DNA from: Myxococcales bacterium
Lineage (GTDB): Bacteria > Myxococcota_A > Polyangia > Palsa-1104 > SHYY01
DNA: 59,248 nt
Direction: 5' to 3'
NCBI GenBank assembly: GCA_023248875.1
Contig: JAHFDT010000003.1
Span: forward strand, 1-59,248
Below are positions 35,487 through 44,055 of this stretch, in pieces. A program made the translations under genes and the position numbers. The first letter of the stretch is position 1. Each line of letters opens with the position of its first letter. Under the pieces are notes generated by a model. The model ran no database searches, was not told the DNA's origin, and worked only from the letters and a program-made list of their open reading frames with translations.

Positions 35487-36202
35487 CGCAGTTCGAGGTC
35501 ATCACGATTTTTCCCGAGATGTTTCCATCGCTGCTGGGCGCATCGCTACTCGGCAAGGCGATTGAAAAGCGACTCGTCGAGGTTCATCTCACCGATCCGC
35601 GCGATTTTGCGCTCGGCCGCCATCGCAGTGTCGATGATGCCCCCTACGGGGGGGGCAGTGGGATGGTGATGCGGCCCGAGCCCCTGGCGGCCGCCATCGA
35701 GCAGGCCGAAGCACTGCGTGGTTCGGCTCACCGGGTCCTACTCTGTCCCACGGGACGACCGCTCCGCCAGGGCGAGGTGGTGCGGCTCTCGGCCCACCCA
35801 CGGCTGCTCTTGGTTTGCGGGCGCTATGAAGGGATCGACGAGCGGGTCCATGCGCTGTGCCATGAAGAGATTTCGCTGGGCGACTATGTTCTCACAGGCG
35901 GTGAGCTCGGAGCCCTGGTCTTGATCGATGCCATTGCCCGCCGACTGCCCGGCGTGCTGGGCAACGCCGAATCGCCACTCGAGGAGTCGTTCGAGGCGGG
36001 GCTCTTGGAATATCCCCACTACACGCGGCCGCCCGAATTTCGCGGCCAGAGCGTCCCCGAAGTGCTGCTCTCCGGCGACCATGAGCGCATTCGCCGCTGG
36101 CGCTTGCGCCAAGCGCTGCGCCGCACTCGCGAGCGCCGGCCCGATCTATGGGCGCGACTGCCCCCGGAGCGGCAGCAGCTCGCCGACGAAGAGGAGCGAT
36201 GA
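35483..36202 (+). CDS. trmD: tRNA (guanine37-N1)-methyltransferase
   Basis: [39 protein letters not shown]. Confidence 0.96.
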   Translation: MTQFEVITIFPEMFPSLLGASLLGKAIEKRLVEVHLTDPRDFALGRHRSVDDAPYGGGSGMVMRPEPLAAAIEQAEALRGSAHRVLLCPTGRPLRQGEVVRLSAHPRLLLVCGRYEGIDERVHALCHEEISLGDYVLTGGELGALVLIDAIARRLPGVLGNAESPLEESFEAGLLEYPHYTRPPEFRGQSVPEVLLSGDHERIRRWRLRQALRRTRERRPDLWARLPPERQQLADEEER

Positions 36203-36768
36203 CCCTCGCCGCCCGGACCTATGTCGCGCTCGTGCACTACCCGGTCTATGACCGCGACCGCCAGCTCATCACGACCGCGATCACTAATCTGGATATCCAT
36301 GATTTGGCAAGATCTTCAATGACTTATGGGATATCCGGCTACCACCTCATCACGCCGATTGCCGCCCAGCGCGAATTGGCCAGCCGGATCCTGCGCCACT
36401 GGACCCCGGGCCAAGGACCCGCCAGCAACGATTTCCGGCGCCAGGCGCTCGAGCGGGTCGAGGTGCTGCCCAGCATCGAGGACTCCATCGCTCGGATCAC
36501 CCAGATCGCGGGCGCACCGCTCGTGTGTGCCACCAGCGCGCGTTCCTCCGGCCGCGCCATCTCCTACGGCGGACTGCCGAAAGATCCGGCTCTTTCGGGG
36601 CGACCGCTCCTGCTTTTGTTTGGCACCGGATGGGGACTTGCGGAAGAGGTGGTAGATCGAGTAGATCGTGTGCTCGCCCCGATCCAGGGGGGCGCAGAAT
36701 ACAATCATTTATCGGTTCGTTCCGCCGCGGCGATCGTACTCGATCGGCTGTTTGGCGATCGAAATTGA
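36199..36768 (+). CDS. SPOUT-family RNA methyltransferase (trmD-associated)
   Basis: [35 protein letters not shown]. Confidence 0.88.
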   Translation: MTLAARTYVALVHYPVYDRDRQLITTAITNLDIHDLARSSMTYGISGYHLITPIAAQRELASRILRHWTPGQGPASNDFRRQALERVEVLPSIEDSIARITQIAGAPLVCATSARSSGRAISYGGLPKDPALSGRPLLLLFGTGWGLAEEVVDRVDRVLAPIQGGAEYNHLSVRSAAAIVLDRLFGDRN

Positions 36769-36787
36769 AGGAGCGAGGAGCACAACC

Positions 36788-37144
36788 ATGAGCGATGTAT
36801 CCCCCACGATGGCAGCGATTGAAGCCCGACAACTGCGCAAGAAGCCGCTTCCCGATTTTCGCGTCGGTGACACGGTGAAGGTGTACGTCCTCATCAAAGA
36901 GGGCGAGAAGGAGCGCTCGCAGGTGTTCGAGGGCGTCGTGATGAAAAAGCACCACGCCGGCGTGCGCGCCTCCTTTGCAGTGCGCAAGGTATCGTACGGC
37001 GTGGGCGTCGAGCGCGTCTTTCCGCTGCACACGCCGCGCATCGATCGGATCGAGGTGGTTGCCAAGGGCCGTGTGCGTCGCGCTCGGCTCTACTACTTGC
37101 GCGATCTGGCCGGTAAGGCCGCCCGCATCCGTGAGCAAGAGTAG
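36788..37144 (+). CDS. rplS: 50S ribosomal protein L19
   Basis: [40 protein letters not shown]. Confidence 0.97.
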   Translation: MSDVSPTMAAIEARQLRKKPLPDFRVGDTVKVYVLIKEGEKERSQVFEGVVMKKHHAGVRASFAVRKVSYGVGVERVFPLHTPRIDRIEVVAKGRVRRARLYYLRDLAGKAARIREQE

Positions 37145-37162
37145 CAATCTGCCCGGTCGCAA

Positions 37163-37516
37163 ATGAATTTTAGTCGGGCCGATGGCGCCGCCGCCGAGCG
37201 GATCGCTGCCGAGTATCTCGCCCAGCAAGGCTACAAGATTCTCCACCGGAATTTTACCTGCCGGCTGGGCGAGATCGATCTGGTGTGCGAAGAGGGGCCG
37301 ATCCTCTGCTTTGTCGAAGTCCGGATGCGGCGGGTCGATCGCTATGGCGTAGCGCTCGAGACCATCACGCCCAAGAAGCTAGAGCGGATCGTGCGTACGG
37401 CGCGCTACTTTCTTATGAAGCACAACATGGAGGAGCGCGAGTGCCGGTTTGACGTGGTGACGATTCAGGGGGGAGAGGCGCCCGAGCTGGCCCGCAACGC
37501 TTTTCAGGCGGATTAG
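37163..37516 (+). CDS. yraN: YraN family endonuclease-like protein
   Basis: GEIDLV, FVEVR, CRFDVV. Confidence 0.9.
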   Translation: MNFSRADGAAAERIAAEYLAQQGYKILHRNFTCRLGEIDLVCEEGPILCFVEVRMRRVDRYGVALETITPKKLERIVRTARYFLMKHNMEERECRFDVVTIQGGEAPELARNAFQAD

Positions 37517-37941
37517 TTGCAAGACGGTGTCGGACTGGGGCTCGGGCACTGCGCCGGTGTGATTACGCCACCATCGGCGTCGGAGTTGTAACCGCACAGA
37601 AGATCCGACTTGCACACGCAGGCCTTCTTGCAGGCGAATGGACCCGCCACCGCAGCGACCGCACAGACGAAATTGGAATCGCACAGCCCATCGGCGGGCT
37701 TGCCGATGGTCGCAGGCTTGCAATCGTCATCGGTCTTGCATTCGGTGATGGTGCACACCGCACGCGGCGGATCGCCCATCGCCTTCGGCTGGTGGATGAG
37801 GCACAGGCGGGTCAAGCATTCGAGTGAGGGCGAGGCGATCTGGATGCCCGTACCACCATCGGTACCGACGCACTTGCGCCCGATCCCCTGGTCAGCACAG
37901 CCAGTAAACGCCACCAGCGCGAGGGCGCACATCCATTTCAT
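37513..37941 (-). CDS. Cys-rich lipoprotein, possibly CglC/GltK-like
   Basis: Lipobox FTGC; IGRKC...ECLTRLC...CT..EC pattern reminiscent of myxobacterial CglC (from memory, unverified). Confidence 0.55.
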   Translation of the reverse strand: MKWMCALALVAFTGCADQGIGRKCVGTDGGTGIQIASPSLECLTRLCLIHQPKAMGDPPRAVCTITECKTDDDCKPATIGKPADGLCDSNFVCAVAAVAGPFACKKACVCKSDLLCGYNSDADGGVITPAQCPSPSPTPSCN

Positions 37942-38012
37942 GAGCGTAACTCCATGGAAAAGGCTCGCTCATCCTACACGTCGAAGGGGGCAAGTCAAGC
38001 GCTTGTCCGGCG

Positions 38013-38728
38013 CTACTTCACCTGCTCGGCAGCGCCCCCGGCGGGTTCGGGGCCGAGCAGCGCATCATCGGTCATCTTGTTGAAATCCTCGAGGGTCGCC
38101 ACCGGAATGCCAATCGGTCCGACCCGTTCGTTACCCGCATGGATGAGGCGCGGCGCCAGCACCTCCGGCCCCTTGGCGCGACGGACGCCCATCGCGGTCG
38201 CGAGATTCTGCCCCGGGGCGAGCTCGGCATGCACCAGCCACCACATGCAGCCGCCGTGGACGACATTGGTGCCCGGCATTCGATATTTATGCTGCCCATC
38301 ATAGAGCACGGTTCCCTCGGGCACATATTGCTTAAGCATTCCGTCCCAGTGTTTGAACTCAGGCTCGTCCATCGCCAACGTGAGGTAGTGGCCGCCTTGG
38401 GATGATCTGCGACCGGTGTCTCCGGCCCCGAGTAGTGGTGCAGGGCTAGATGGGGGCGAACGCTGACCGCAGGGTGAACCGCATCGGTCCCGGAGGCACG
38501 CCACACGATGGCGCCATGGTCGAGTTGAAAGGTGGCGAGGAAGTCGTCGTGCGTCTTGGGCAGGACTGGCACGAAATGGCGCTCGATTTGACGGGTGCCA
38601 AGGTCGCGCTGCACCACGCGAACGGGCAGGCCATGTTTGTCGGCATAGGTTTTGGTGAGGGCCGCTAACTTGGGTGGAGCAGCCAGGGCTATGCTGCTCA
38701 GCAGCGATATGCAAAGAGCTCGCCTCAT
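38013..38728 (-). pseudogene. Array paralogue F, frameshifted by a 1-nt deletion near 38400
   Basis: N-half in ORF 38072..38728 (to ...PVADH), C-half in ORF 38013..38714 (QGGHYLTL...EQVK); one extra base at the GGG 38399-38401 would join them. Confidence 0.85.
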
Positions 38729-38817
38729 AGCTTCACCTGCTCCGCCGCGCCGCCGGCGGGTTCGGGGCCGAGCAGCTCATCGTCGGTCAGCTTCTTGAAG
38801 GCCGCGATGGAGGGCAC
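38693..38817. repeat. 125-bp exact direct repeat (second copy 40116-40240) spanning array gene junctions
   Basis: E/F junction identical to C/D junction, offset 1423 bp. Confidence 0.9.
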
Positions 38818-39447
38818 TGGGATGCCGATCGGGCCGACGAGCTCATTGCCGGCGTGGATGAGGCGGGGCGCCAGCACTTCGGGCCCCTTGGCACGACGCA
38901 CGCCCATCGCGGTTGCGAGGTTGAGCCCGTCGGCTAACTCGGCATGCACCAGCCACCACATGCAGCCGCCATGGACCACGTTGGTGCCCGGCATGCGATA
39001 GCGCTCTCGCCCCTCGAAGAGGTTACCGCTGTCGGGGGCCCACTTCTTGATGAAGTCACGCCAATGGGCGTACTGCTTCGGGTCGATGGCCAGGGTGAGG
39101 TAGTGGCCTCCCAGGTCGTGTCCGGGGGCCGACATGTTGGGCGGCGCCTGGAAATGCAGCGTTTCGCCGGGACGAATGCTGACCGCGGGGTGGATGGGAT
39201 CTCCAATGCTGGCGCGCCACACCACTGCACCCTTCTTGACGTTGAAGGTCGCCAAGAAATCGTCGTGGGTCTTCTCCAAGACGGGAACGAAGTGGCGCTC
39301 GATCTCGCGGGTTCCGAGGTCGCGCTGGACCACGCGCACGGGCAGACCGTTCTTCTCCGCATAGGCCTTGGCCAGCGCCGCGAGTGTGGGCGGGTCGGCC
39401 GCTGCAACGCGGCTCGCCACCACCCAGAGGATCAGCAACCGCCTCAT
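38725..39447 (-). CDS. Array paralogue E, secreted protein with H-x11-H and HGGCMWW motifs
   Basis: Signal peptide; shared constant N- and C-blocks; ATGA overlaps on both sides. Confidence 0.9.
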   Translation of the reverse strand: MRRLLILWVVASRVAAADPPTLAALAKAYAEKNGLPVRVVQRDLGTREIERHFVPVLEKTHDDFLATFNVKKGAVVWRASIGDPIHPAVSIRPGETLHFQAPPNMSAPGHDLGGHYLTLAIDPKQYAHWRDFIKKWAPDSGNLFEGRERYRMPGTNVVHGGCMWWLVHAELADGLNLATAMGVRRAKGPEVLAPRLIHAGNELVGPIGIPVPSIAAFKKLTDDELLGPEPAGGAAEQVKL

Positions 39448-40151
39448 GGCTTCACCTGCTCAGCAGCGCCGCCTGCGGGCTCGGGGCCGAGCAGCTCGTC
39501 GTCGGTCATCTTGTTGAAGGCCTCGAGGTTGGGCACGGGAATGCCGACCGGGCCCACGCGCTCGTTCCCCGCGTGGATCAGACGTGGTGCCAGCACTTCC
39601 GGCCCTTTGGCGCGGCGGACCCCCATCACCGTGGCGAGGTTTTGTCCTGGCGCCAGCTCGGCATGCACCAGCCACCACATGCAGCCGCCGTGGACCGTGG
39701 TCGTGCCGGGCATTCGGTACGTAGCATTCCCGGTATGGAGGACGCCCCCCTCGGGGACGTGCTGCCTGATCATCCCCTGCCAATGGTTGAACTCCGGCTC
39801 GTCGACCGCCAGGGTCAGGTAGTAGCCGGCGCCGTGCCCCGGGAACGCTTTGGCATAGAAGTCGAGGACCATGCCAGGACGAATGCCGATGGTCGGGTGC
39901 ACGTGATCGCCTGCGCTGCGCCACACGATCGCACCGCTGCCCACGTGAAAGGTGGCGAGGAAGTCGTCATGCGTGTTGGGAAGCACCGGAACGAAATGGC
40001 GCTCGATCTGGCGCGTGCCGAGGTCGCGCTGCACCACACGAACGGGCAGGCCATGCTTATCGGCGTAGGCCTTGGTAAGCGCGGCCAACTTGGGCGGCGG
40101 CGCGGCGAATGCCAAGCTGCTCAGCAGCGATATGCAAAGAGCTCGCCTCAT
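39444..40151 (-). CDS. Array paralogue D
   Basis: As above; H-x11-D variant. Confidence 0.9.
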   Translation of the reverse strand: MRRALCISLLSSLAFAAPPPKLAALTKAYADKHGLPVRVVQRDLGTRQIERHFVPVLPNTHDDFLATFHVGSGAIVWRSAGDHVHPTIGIRPGMVLDFYAKAFPGHGAGYYLTLAVDEPEFNHWQGMIRQHVPEGGVLHTGNATYRMPGTTTVHGGCMWWLVHAELAPGQNLATVMGVRRAKGPEVLAPRLIHAGNERVGPVGIPVPNLEAFNKMTDDELLGPEPAGGAAEQVKP

Positions 40152-40861
40152 AGCTTCACCTGCTCCGCCGCGCCGCCGGCGGGTTCGGGGCCGAGCAGCT
40201 CATCGTCGGTCAGCTTCTTGAAGGCCGCGATGGAGGGCACGGGAATGCCGATCGGGCCGACGAGCTCATTGCCGGCGTGGATGAGGCGCGGCGCGAGAAC
40301 CTCGGGCCCTTTAGCGCGCCGAACGCCCATCGCCGTGGCTAGGTTGAGCCCTTTGGCAATCTCCGCATGCACGAGCCACCACATGCAGCCGCCATGGACG
40401 ACCTTGGTACCCGGCATGGTGTAGTTGGTCACGTAGATCTGCCCTTCGTCGGGCGCCCACTTCTTGATGAAGCGATGCCAGTGGTCGAACTGCTTTTTAT
40501 CGACTGCCAAAGTGAGGTAGTAGCCACCTGCATCGTGCGCCGCGACTGGCGTTGCGGGAAGGTGCATGTAGTGCAGGGCCAAGTTGGGATGGATGCTGAC
40601 CGCTGGGTGGACCGGATCCTGGCCGAGTGCACGCCATACGATCGCGCCCTTGTCGATCTGAAAGGTGGCGAGGAAGTCGTCGTGCGTCTTGGGCAGGACC
40701 GGCACAAAGTGGCGCTCGATTTGGCGGGTGCCGAGGTCGCGCTGGACCACGCGCACCGGCAGTCCATGTTTCTTGGCGTAGGCTTGGGCCAGGGCCGCGA
40801 GCTTGGGCGGCGCGGCGAAGGCCAGGCTGCTCAGCAGCGATAAGCAGAGAGCGCGGATCAT
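40148..40861 (-). CDS. Array paralogue C
   Basis: As above. Confidence 0.9.
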   Translation of the reverse strand: MIRALCLSLLSSLAFAAPPKLAALAQAYAKKHGLPVRVVQRDLGTRQIERHFVPVLPKTHDDFLATFQIDKGAIVWRALGQDPVHPAVSIHPNLALHYMHLPATPVAAHDAGGYYLTLAVDKKQFDHWHRFIKKWAPDEGQIYVTNYTMPGTKVVHGGCMWWLVHAEIAKGLNLATAMGVRRAKGPEVLAPRLIHAGNELVGPIGIPVPSIAAFKKLTDDELLGPEPAGGAAEQVKL

Positions 40862-40922
40862 TGTTTCACCTGCTCGGCAGCGCCGCCCGCGGGCTCGGGG
40901 CCGAGCAGCTGGTCATCGGTCA
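40797..40922. repeat. 126-bp exact direct repeat (second copy 41516-41641) spanning array gene junctions
   Basis: B/C junction identical to A/B junction, offset 719 bp. Confidence 0.9.
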
Positions 40923-41580
40923 GTTTTTTGAACTCTTCGATGGTCGCCACGGGAATGCCGATCGGGCCGACGAGCTCATTGCCGGCGTGGATGAGGCGCG
41001 GCGCCAGCACCTCCGGCCCCTTGGCGCGCCGCACGCCCATCGCCGTGGCGAGGTTCAGGTTGGGCGCGATGTGGGCGTGGACGAACCACCACATGCAGCC
41101 GCCGTGGAGGGTGCCGCCATTCTCCTTCTGGAAGCTGGGGCCGCCGTTCCAGGGAGTCTGCCCCTGTGTGGCGGCGATGTGCTTATCGAGGAACTGCTCA
41201 TAGTGGGCAACCTGCTCTGGGGTGAGCGCCAGGGTAAGGTATTGGCCACCGATCGCATGGGGCATGACATCGGCTGACTTGCGTTTGAAATAGGAGATCG
41301 AATAGCCGGGTTGGATGGTCAGCTCGCCATGGACCTTGTCGTTGTTGGTCCGCCAGAGGATGGCCCCCTTGCCGGACTGAAACGTAGCGAGGAAATCGTC
41401 ATGGGTGGCGGGCAGCACGGGCACGAAGTGGCGCTCGATTTGGCGGGTGCCGAGATCGCGCTGCACCACGCGAACGGGCAGACCGTGCTTGTCGGCATAG
41501 ACCTTGGTGAGCGCGGCGAGCTTGGGCGGCGCGGCGAAGGCCAGGCTGCTCAGCAGCGATAAGCAGAGAGCGCGGATCAT
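40858..41580 (-). CDS. Array paralogue B (most divergent centre)
   Basis: As above; H-x11-S variant. Confidence 0.9.
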   Translation of the reverse strand: MIRALCLSLLSSLAFAAPPKLAALTKVYADKHGLPVRVVQRDLGTRQIERHFVPVLPATHDDFLATFQSGKGAILWRTNNDKVHGELTIQPGYSISYFKRKSADVMPHAIGGQYLTLALTPEQVAHYEQFLDKHIAATQGQTPWNGGPSFQKENGGTLHGGCMWWFVHAHIAPNLNLATAMGVRRAKGPEVLAPRLIHAGNELVGPIGIPVATIEEFKKLTDDQLLGPEPAGGAAEQVKQ

Positions 41581-42320
41581 TGTTTCACCTGCTCGGCAGC
41601 GCCGCCCGCGGGCTCGGGGCCGAGCAGCTGGTCATCGGTCATTTTGTTGAAATCCTCGATCGTCGCCACCGGGATGCCAATCGGACCGACGCGCTCGTTG
41701 CCCGCATGGATGAGGCGGGGCGCCAGCACCTCCGGCCCCTTGGCACGGCGAACGCCCATCGCGGTAGCAAGGTTGAGATTGGGGGCGAGCTCGGCGTGGA
41801 CCAGCCACCACATGCAGCCGCCGTGGATGATGTTGGTCCCCGGCATTTTGTAAGTCAGGCCCCCCATGGAGAGCGTCTTGTCTCCACCCACATGCGGCTT
41901 GAGCATCCCCTCCCAGTGTTTGACCTCCGGTTCGTCGACCGCCAGGGTCAGGTAATGGCCGCCCTGTAGGTGGGGGAAGACGGCCTGGGCGGCAGCCGGC
42001 GATCGGGCTGGCGAATAGTAATGGAGTGCTTGGCCGGGGCTGAGGCTGATCACGGGGTGAACCGCGTCGCGGCTCGCCCGCCAGACGATCGCTCCCTGGC
42101 CGATTTGGAAAGTATTCAGGAAATCGTCATGGGTGGCGGGCAGCACCGGTACGAAATGGCGCTCGATCTGGCGCGTGCCGAGATCGCGCTGGACTACCCG
42201 CACCGGCAGCCCGTGCTTGTCGGCATAGACCTTGGTGAGCGCGGCGAGCTTGGGCGGCGCGGCGAGGGCCGCGCTGCTGGCGAGAGAGAGCAGGACCAGA
42301 AGCGAGCGCCTCATGGCCAT
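41577..42320 (-). CDS. Array paralogue A
   Basis: As above; AAGGAG RBS, 5 bp downstream of the CoA-transferase homologue. Confidence 0.9.
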   Translation of the reverse strand: MAMRRSLLVLLSLASSAALAAPPKLAALTKVYADKHGLPVRVVQRDLGTRQIERHFVPVLPATHDDFLNTFQIGQGAIVWRASRDAVHPVISLSPGQALHYYSPARSPAAAQAVFPHLQGGHYLTLAVDEPEVKHWEGMLKPHVGGDKTLSMGGLTYKMPGTNIIHGGCMWWLVHAELAPNLNLATAMGVRRAKGPEVLAPRLIHAGNERVGPIGIPVATIEDFNKMTDDQLLGPEPAGGAAEQVKQ

Positions 42321-42325
42321 CTCCT

Positions 42326-43846
42326 TTATTGAGCGGCGGGAGGCGCTGCCACCACCGGCAGCCCCTCGATAAGCTTGGCGTGCTGCTCGGCTGTGACCAG
42401 CTGTCGCTTGAGTGCCTCGTCCGCCACGTCGCGGCGCATTTCAGCGGGTGCCAGCCGGATCGAGTGGTAGACGCTGCGGACCAATTTATCGAACTGTGCC
42501 TGCTGGAGGAGGCCGGCCTTCAGCGGCGCGGCGGCCAGCTCGGCACGCAGCACCGGATGCGCCACTCTCAACATTTCGTAGGTTCGCTGCGCATCCGAGA
42601 GCCCGCGCAGTTTACGCGTTGCGCCCCACTCGGTGACGATGTGGTCGACGTGCTCCTTCGGGGTGGTGACCACGTCCCCGTTGAGCTTGGGAACGATCGT
42701 CGAGCCGCCGTCCTTGTTGCGCGAGCGCAGCGCGAGAATGGCGAGCCCTTTCTTCGACAACGAGGCGCCCTCCATGAAGTCGGGCTGGCCGCCGGGGAAG
42801 CTGATGATCCGATCGCCGATCCGCTCAGCGTTGACATTGCCGGTGAAGTCGACCTCGAGCGCGGTGTTGATGGCGCGCATGCGCGGCTGGGCAGCGATAT
42901 TGGCTGGGTCGTTGACTTCGCCAGTGGTCGCCATGCGGATCTTCGGGTTGTTGCCGGCCAGGCCGTAGAGTGCGTTCGTGCCATGGAGGAAGCTGAAGAC
43001 CGCCTCCTTGACCGCCGGCTTGTCGCCCACCATGAGCTCGCGTACCCAGTCGGAGCCCATTTCGCTCCAGATGCGCATCTTCCGCTTCTGCTGGAGCGCC
43101 GCGCCAACGCCATTGAGCGAGTTGCCGATGCCGACCTGGATGGTGGTGCGCAGGCGGTTCGGCACGAGACGCGCAATGTGGCTGGCGATCGCCTTTTCGG
43201 GCGCGCCCGGCTGGATGCCGTTGTGCTCCGAGAGGATGCCGCCGCCGTCGATCACCGCAGTGAGCTCGTCATATTTGATGCGGTTGCCGTAGGTGTGGGC
43301 GACGTTGGGGTTCACTTCCGCGATGATGCGGCCGCCGCGCGCCTGCGCCGCGCGCAGGGCCATCAGCGTCAGATCGCCCGCCGAACCGAGGCTAACGTAG
43401 CCATCTTTATCGGGCGGGCTCACGCGGACCACCACGGTATCGATCGGCATTTCGCCCGACTGGATCTTCTTGCCCAAATTGAACAGCGAGGCGCGGTGCA
43501 GCGTGGCCGTGCCATCTTTGGCGGCCTGGCGGTTTTGCGGCGAAACGAATAGCAGATTGGGGTGCCACTTGTCCGCCACCTTGGCATCGAAGTTCTGCGA
43601 CGTAGCAAAGGTCGACATGTAGTAGACGTTGGTGCGGTGGGGTCGCGCGAGCGCGGTGGCTCGCATCGCCGGGACCAGATTGGAGGGCATGGCCGAGCCG
43701 GTGGCGAAGAAGACATGGTTGCCCATCTCTTTGGCGGCATCCCCGATCGAAAGCTTCTTCGGTGCGGCGGAGGCTCGTGGCAAAAGAGCCAGTGCGGAGA
43801 GCACCAAAAGGAGCGGGCGGAGGCGTCGGTTAGCGGAAAGGGACAT
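42326..43846 (-). CDS. Acetyl-CoA hydrolase/transferase family protein (4-hydroxybutyrate CoA-transferase-like) with predicted signal peptide
   Basis: VSPPDKDGYVSLG, IAEVNPN, TIQVGIG, WSEM (catalytic Glu position), AINTALEVDFTG, GGQPDF, IVTEWG; N-terminus MSLSANRRLRPLLLVLSALALLPRASA-APKK. Confidence 0.88.
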   Translation of the reverse strand: MSLSANRRLRPLLLVLSALALLPRASAAPKKLSIGDAAKEMGNHVFFATGSAMPSNLVPAMRATALARPHRTNVYYMSTFATSQNFDAKVADKWHPNLLFVSPQNRQAAKDGTATLHRASLFNLGKKIQSGEMPIDTVVVRVSPPDKDGYVSLGSAGDLTLMALRAAQARGGRIIAEVNPNVAHTYGNRIKYDELTAVIDGGGILSEHNGIQPGAPEKAIASHIARLVPNRLRTTIQVGIGNSLNGVGAALQQKRKMRIWSEMGSDWVRELMVGDKPAVKEAVFSFLHGTNALYGLAGNNPKIRMATTGEVNDPANIAAQPRMRAINTALEVDFTGNVNAERIGDRIISFPGGQPDFMEGASLSKKGLAILALRSRNKDGGSTIVPKLNGDVVTTPKEHVDHIVTEWGATRKLRGLSDAQRTYEMLRVAHPVLRAELAAAPLKAGLLQQAQFDKLVRSVYHSIRLAPAEMRRDVADEALKRQLVTAEQHAKLIEGLPVVAAPPAAQ

Positions 43847-43888
43847 GGGTACCCTCGGCCGCATACCATTCGCGGCGCCTCTCCTCTA

Positions 43889-43905
43889 CGCAATGGCCAT
43901 GCCAA
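43889..43905 (-). promoter_or_regulatory. Putative sigma54 -24/-12 promoter
   Basis: Minus strand TTGGCATGGCCATTGCG fits TGGCAY-N5-TTGC, ~43 bp upstream of the ATG at 43846. Confidence 0.6.
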
Positions 43906-43991
43906 GGGAAAGGGCTGCAAAGAGCCGGTTTTTCCGTTCCTGGCCTGGCCAGTCGAGCTGCCATGGCCGGCGGGAATGGCTGCTATTTTCC

Positions 43992-44020
43992 TTGAACCCC
44001 TCTCGCCCAACAATTATGCT
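43992..44020 (+). promoter_or_regulatory. Possible sigma70 promoter of glt operon
   Basis: TTGAAC, 17-bp spacer, TATGCT. Confidence 0.5.
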
Positions 44021-44055
44021 TCCGCTTCCTCGGGAATCCGACCGAAAGGGAGACC

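Noticed and set aside
38013-42320. Array as diversity-generating retroelement target, integron cassettes or CRISPR
   Set aside because: No reverse transcriptase, integrase or cas gene in the window; variation includes indels and is not adenine-specific; genes overlap by ATGA, leaving no room for attC sites or spacers.
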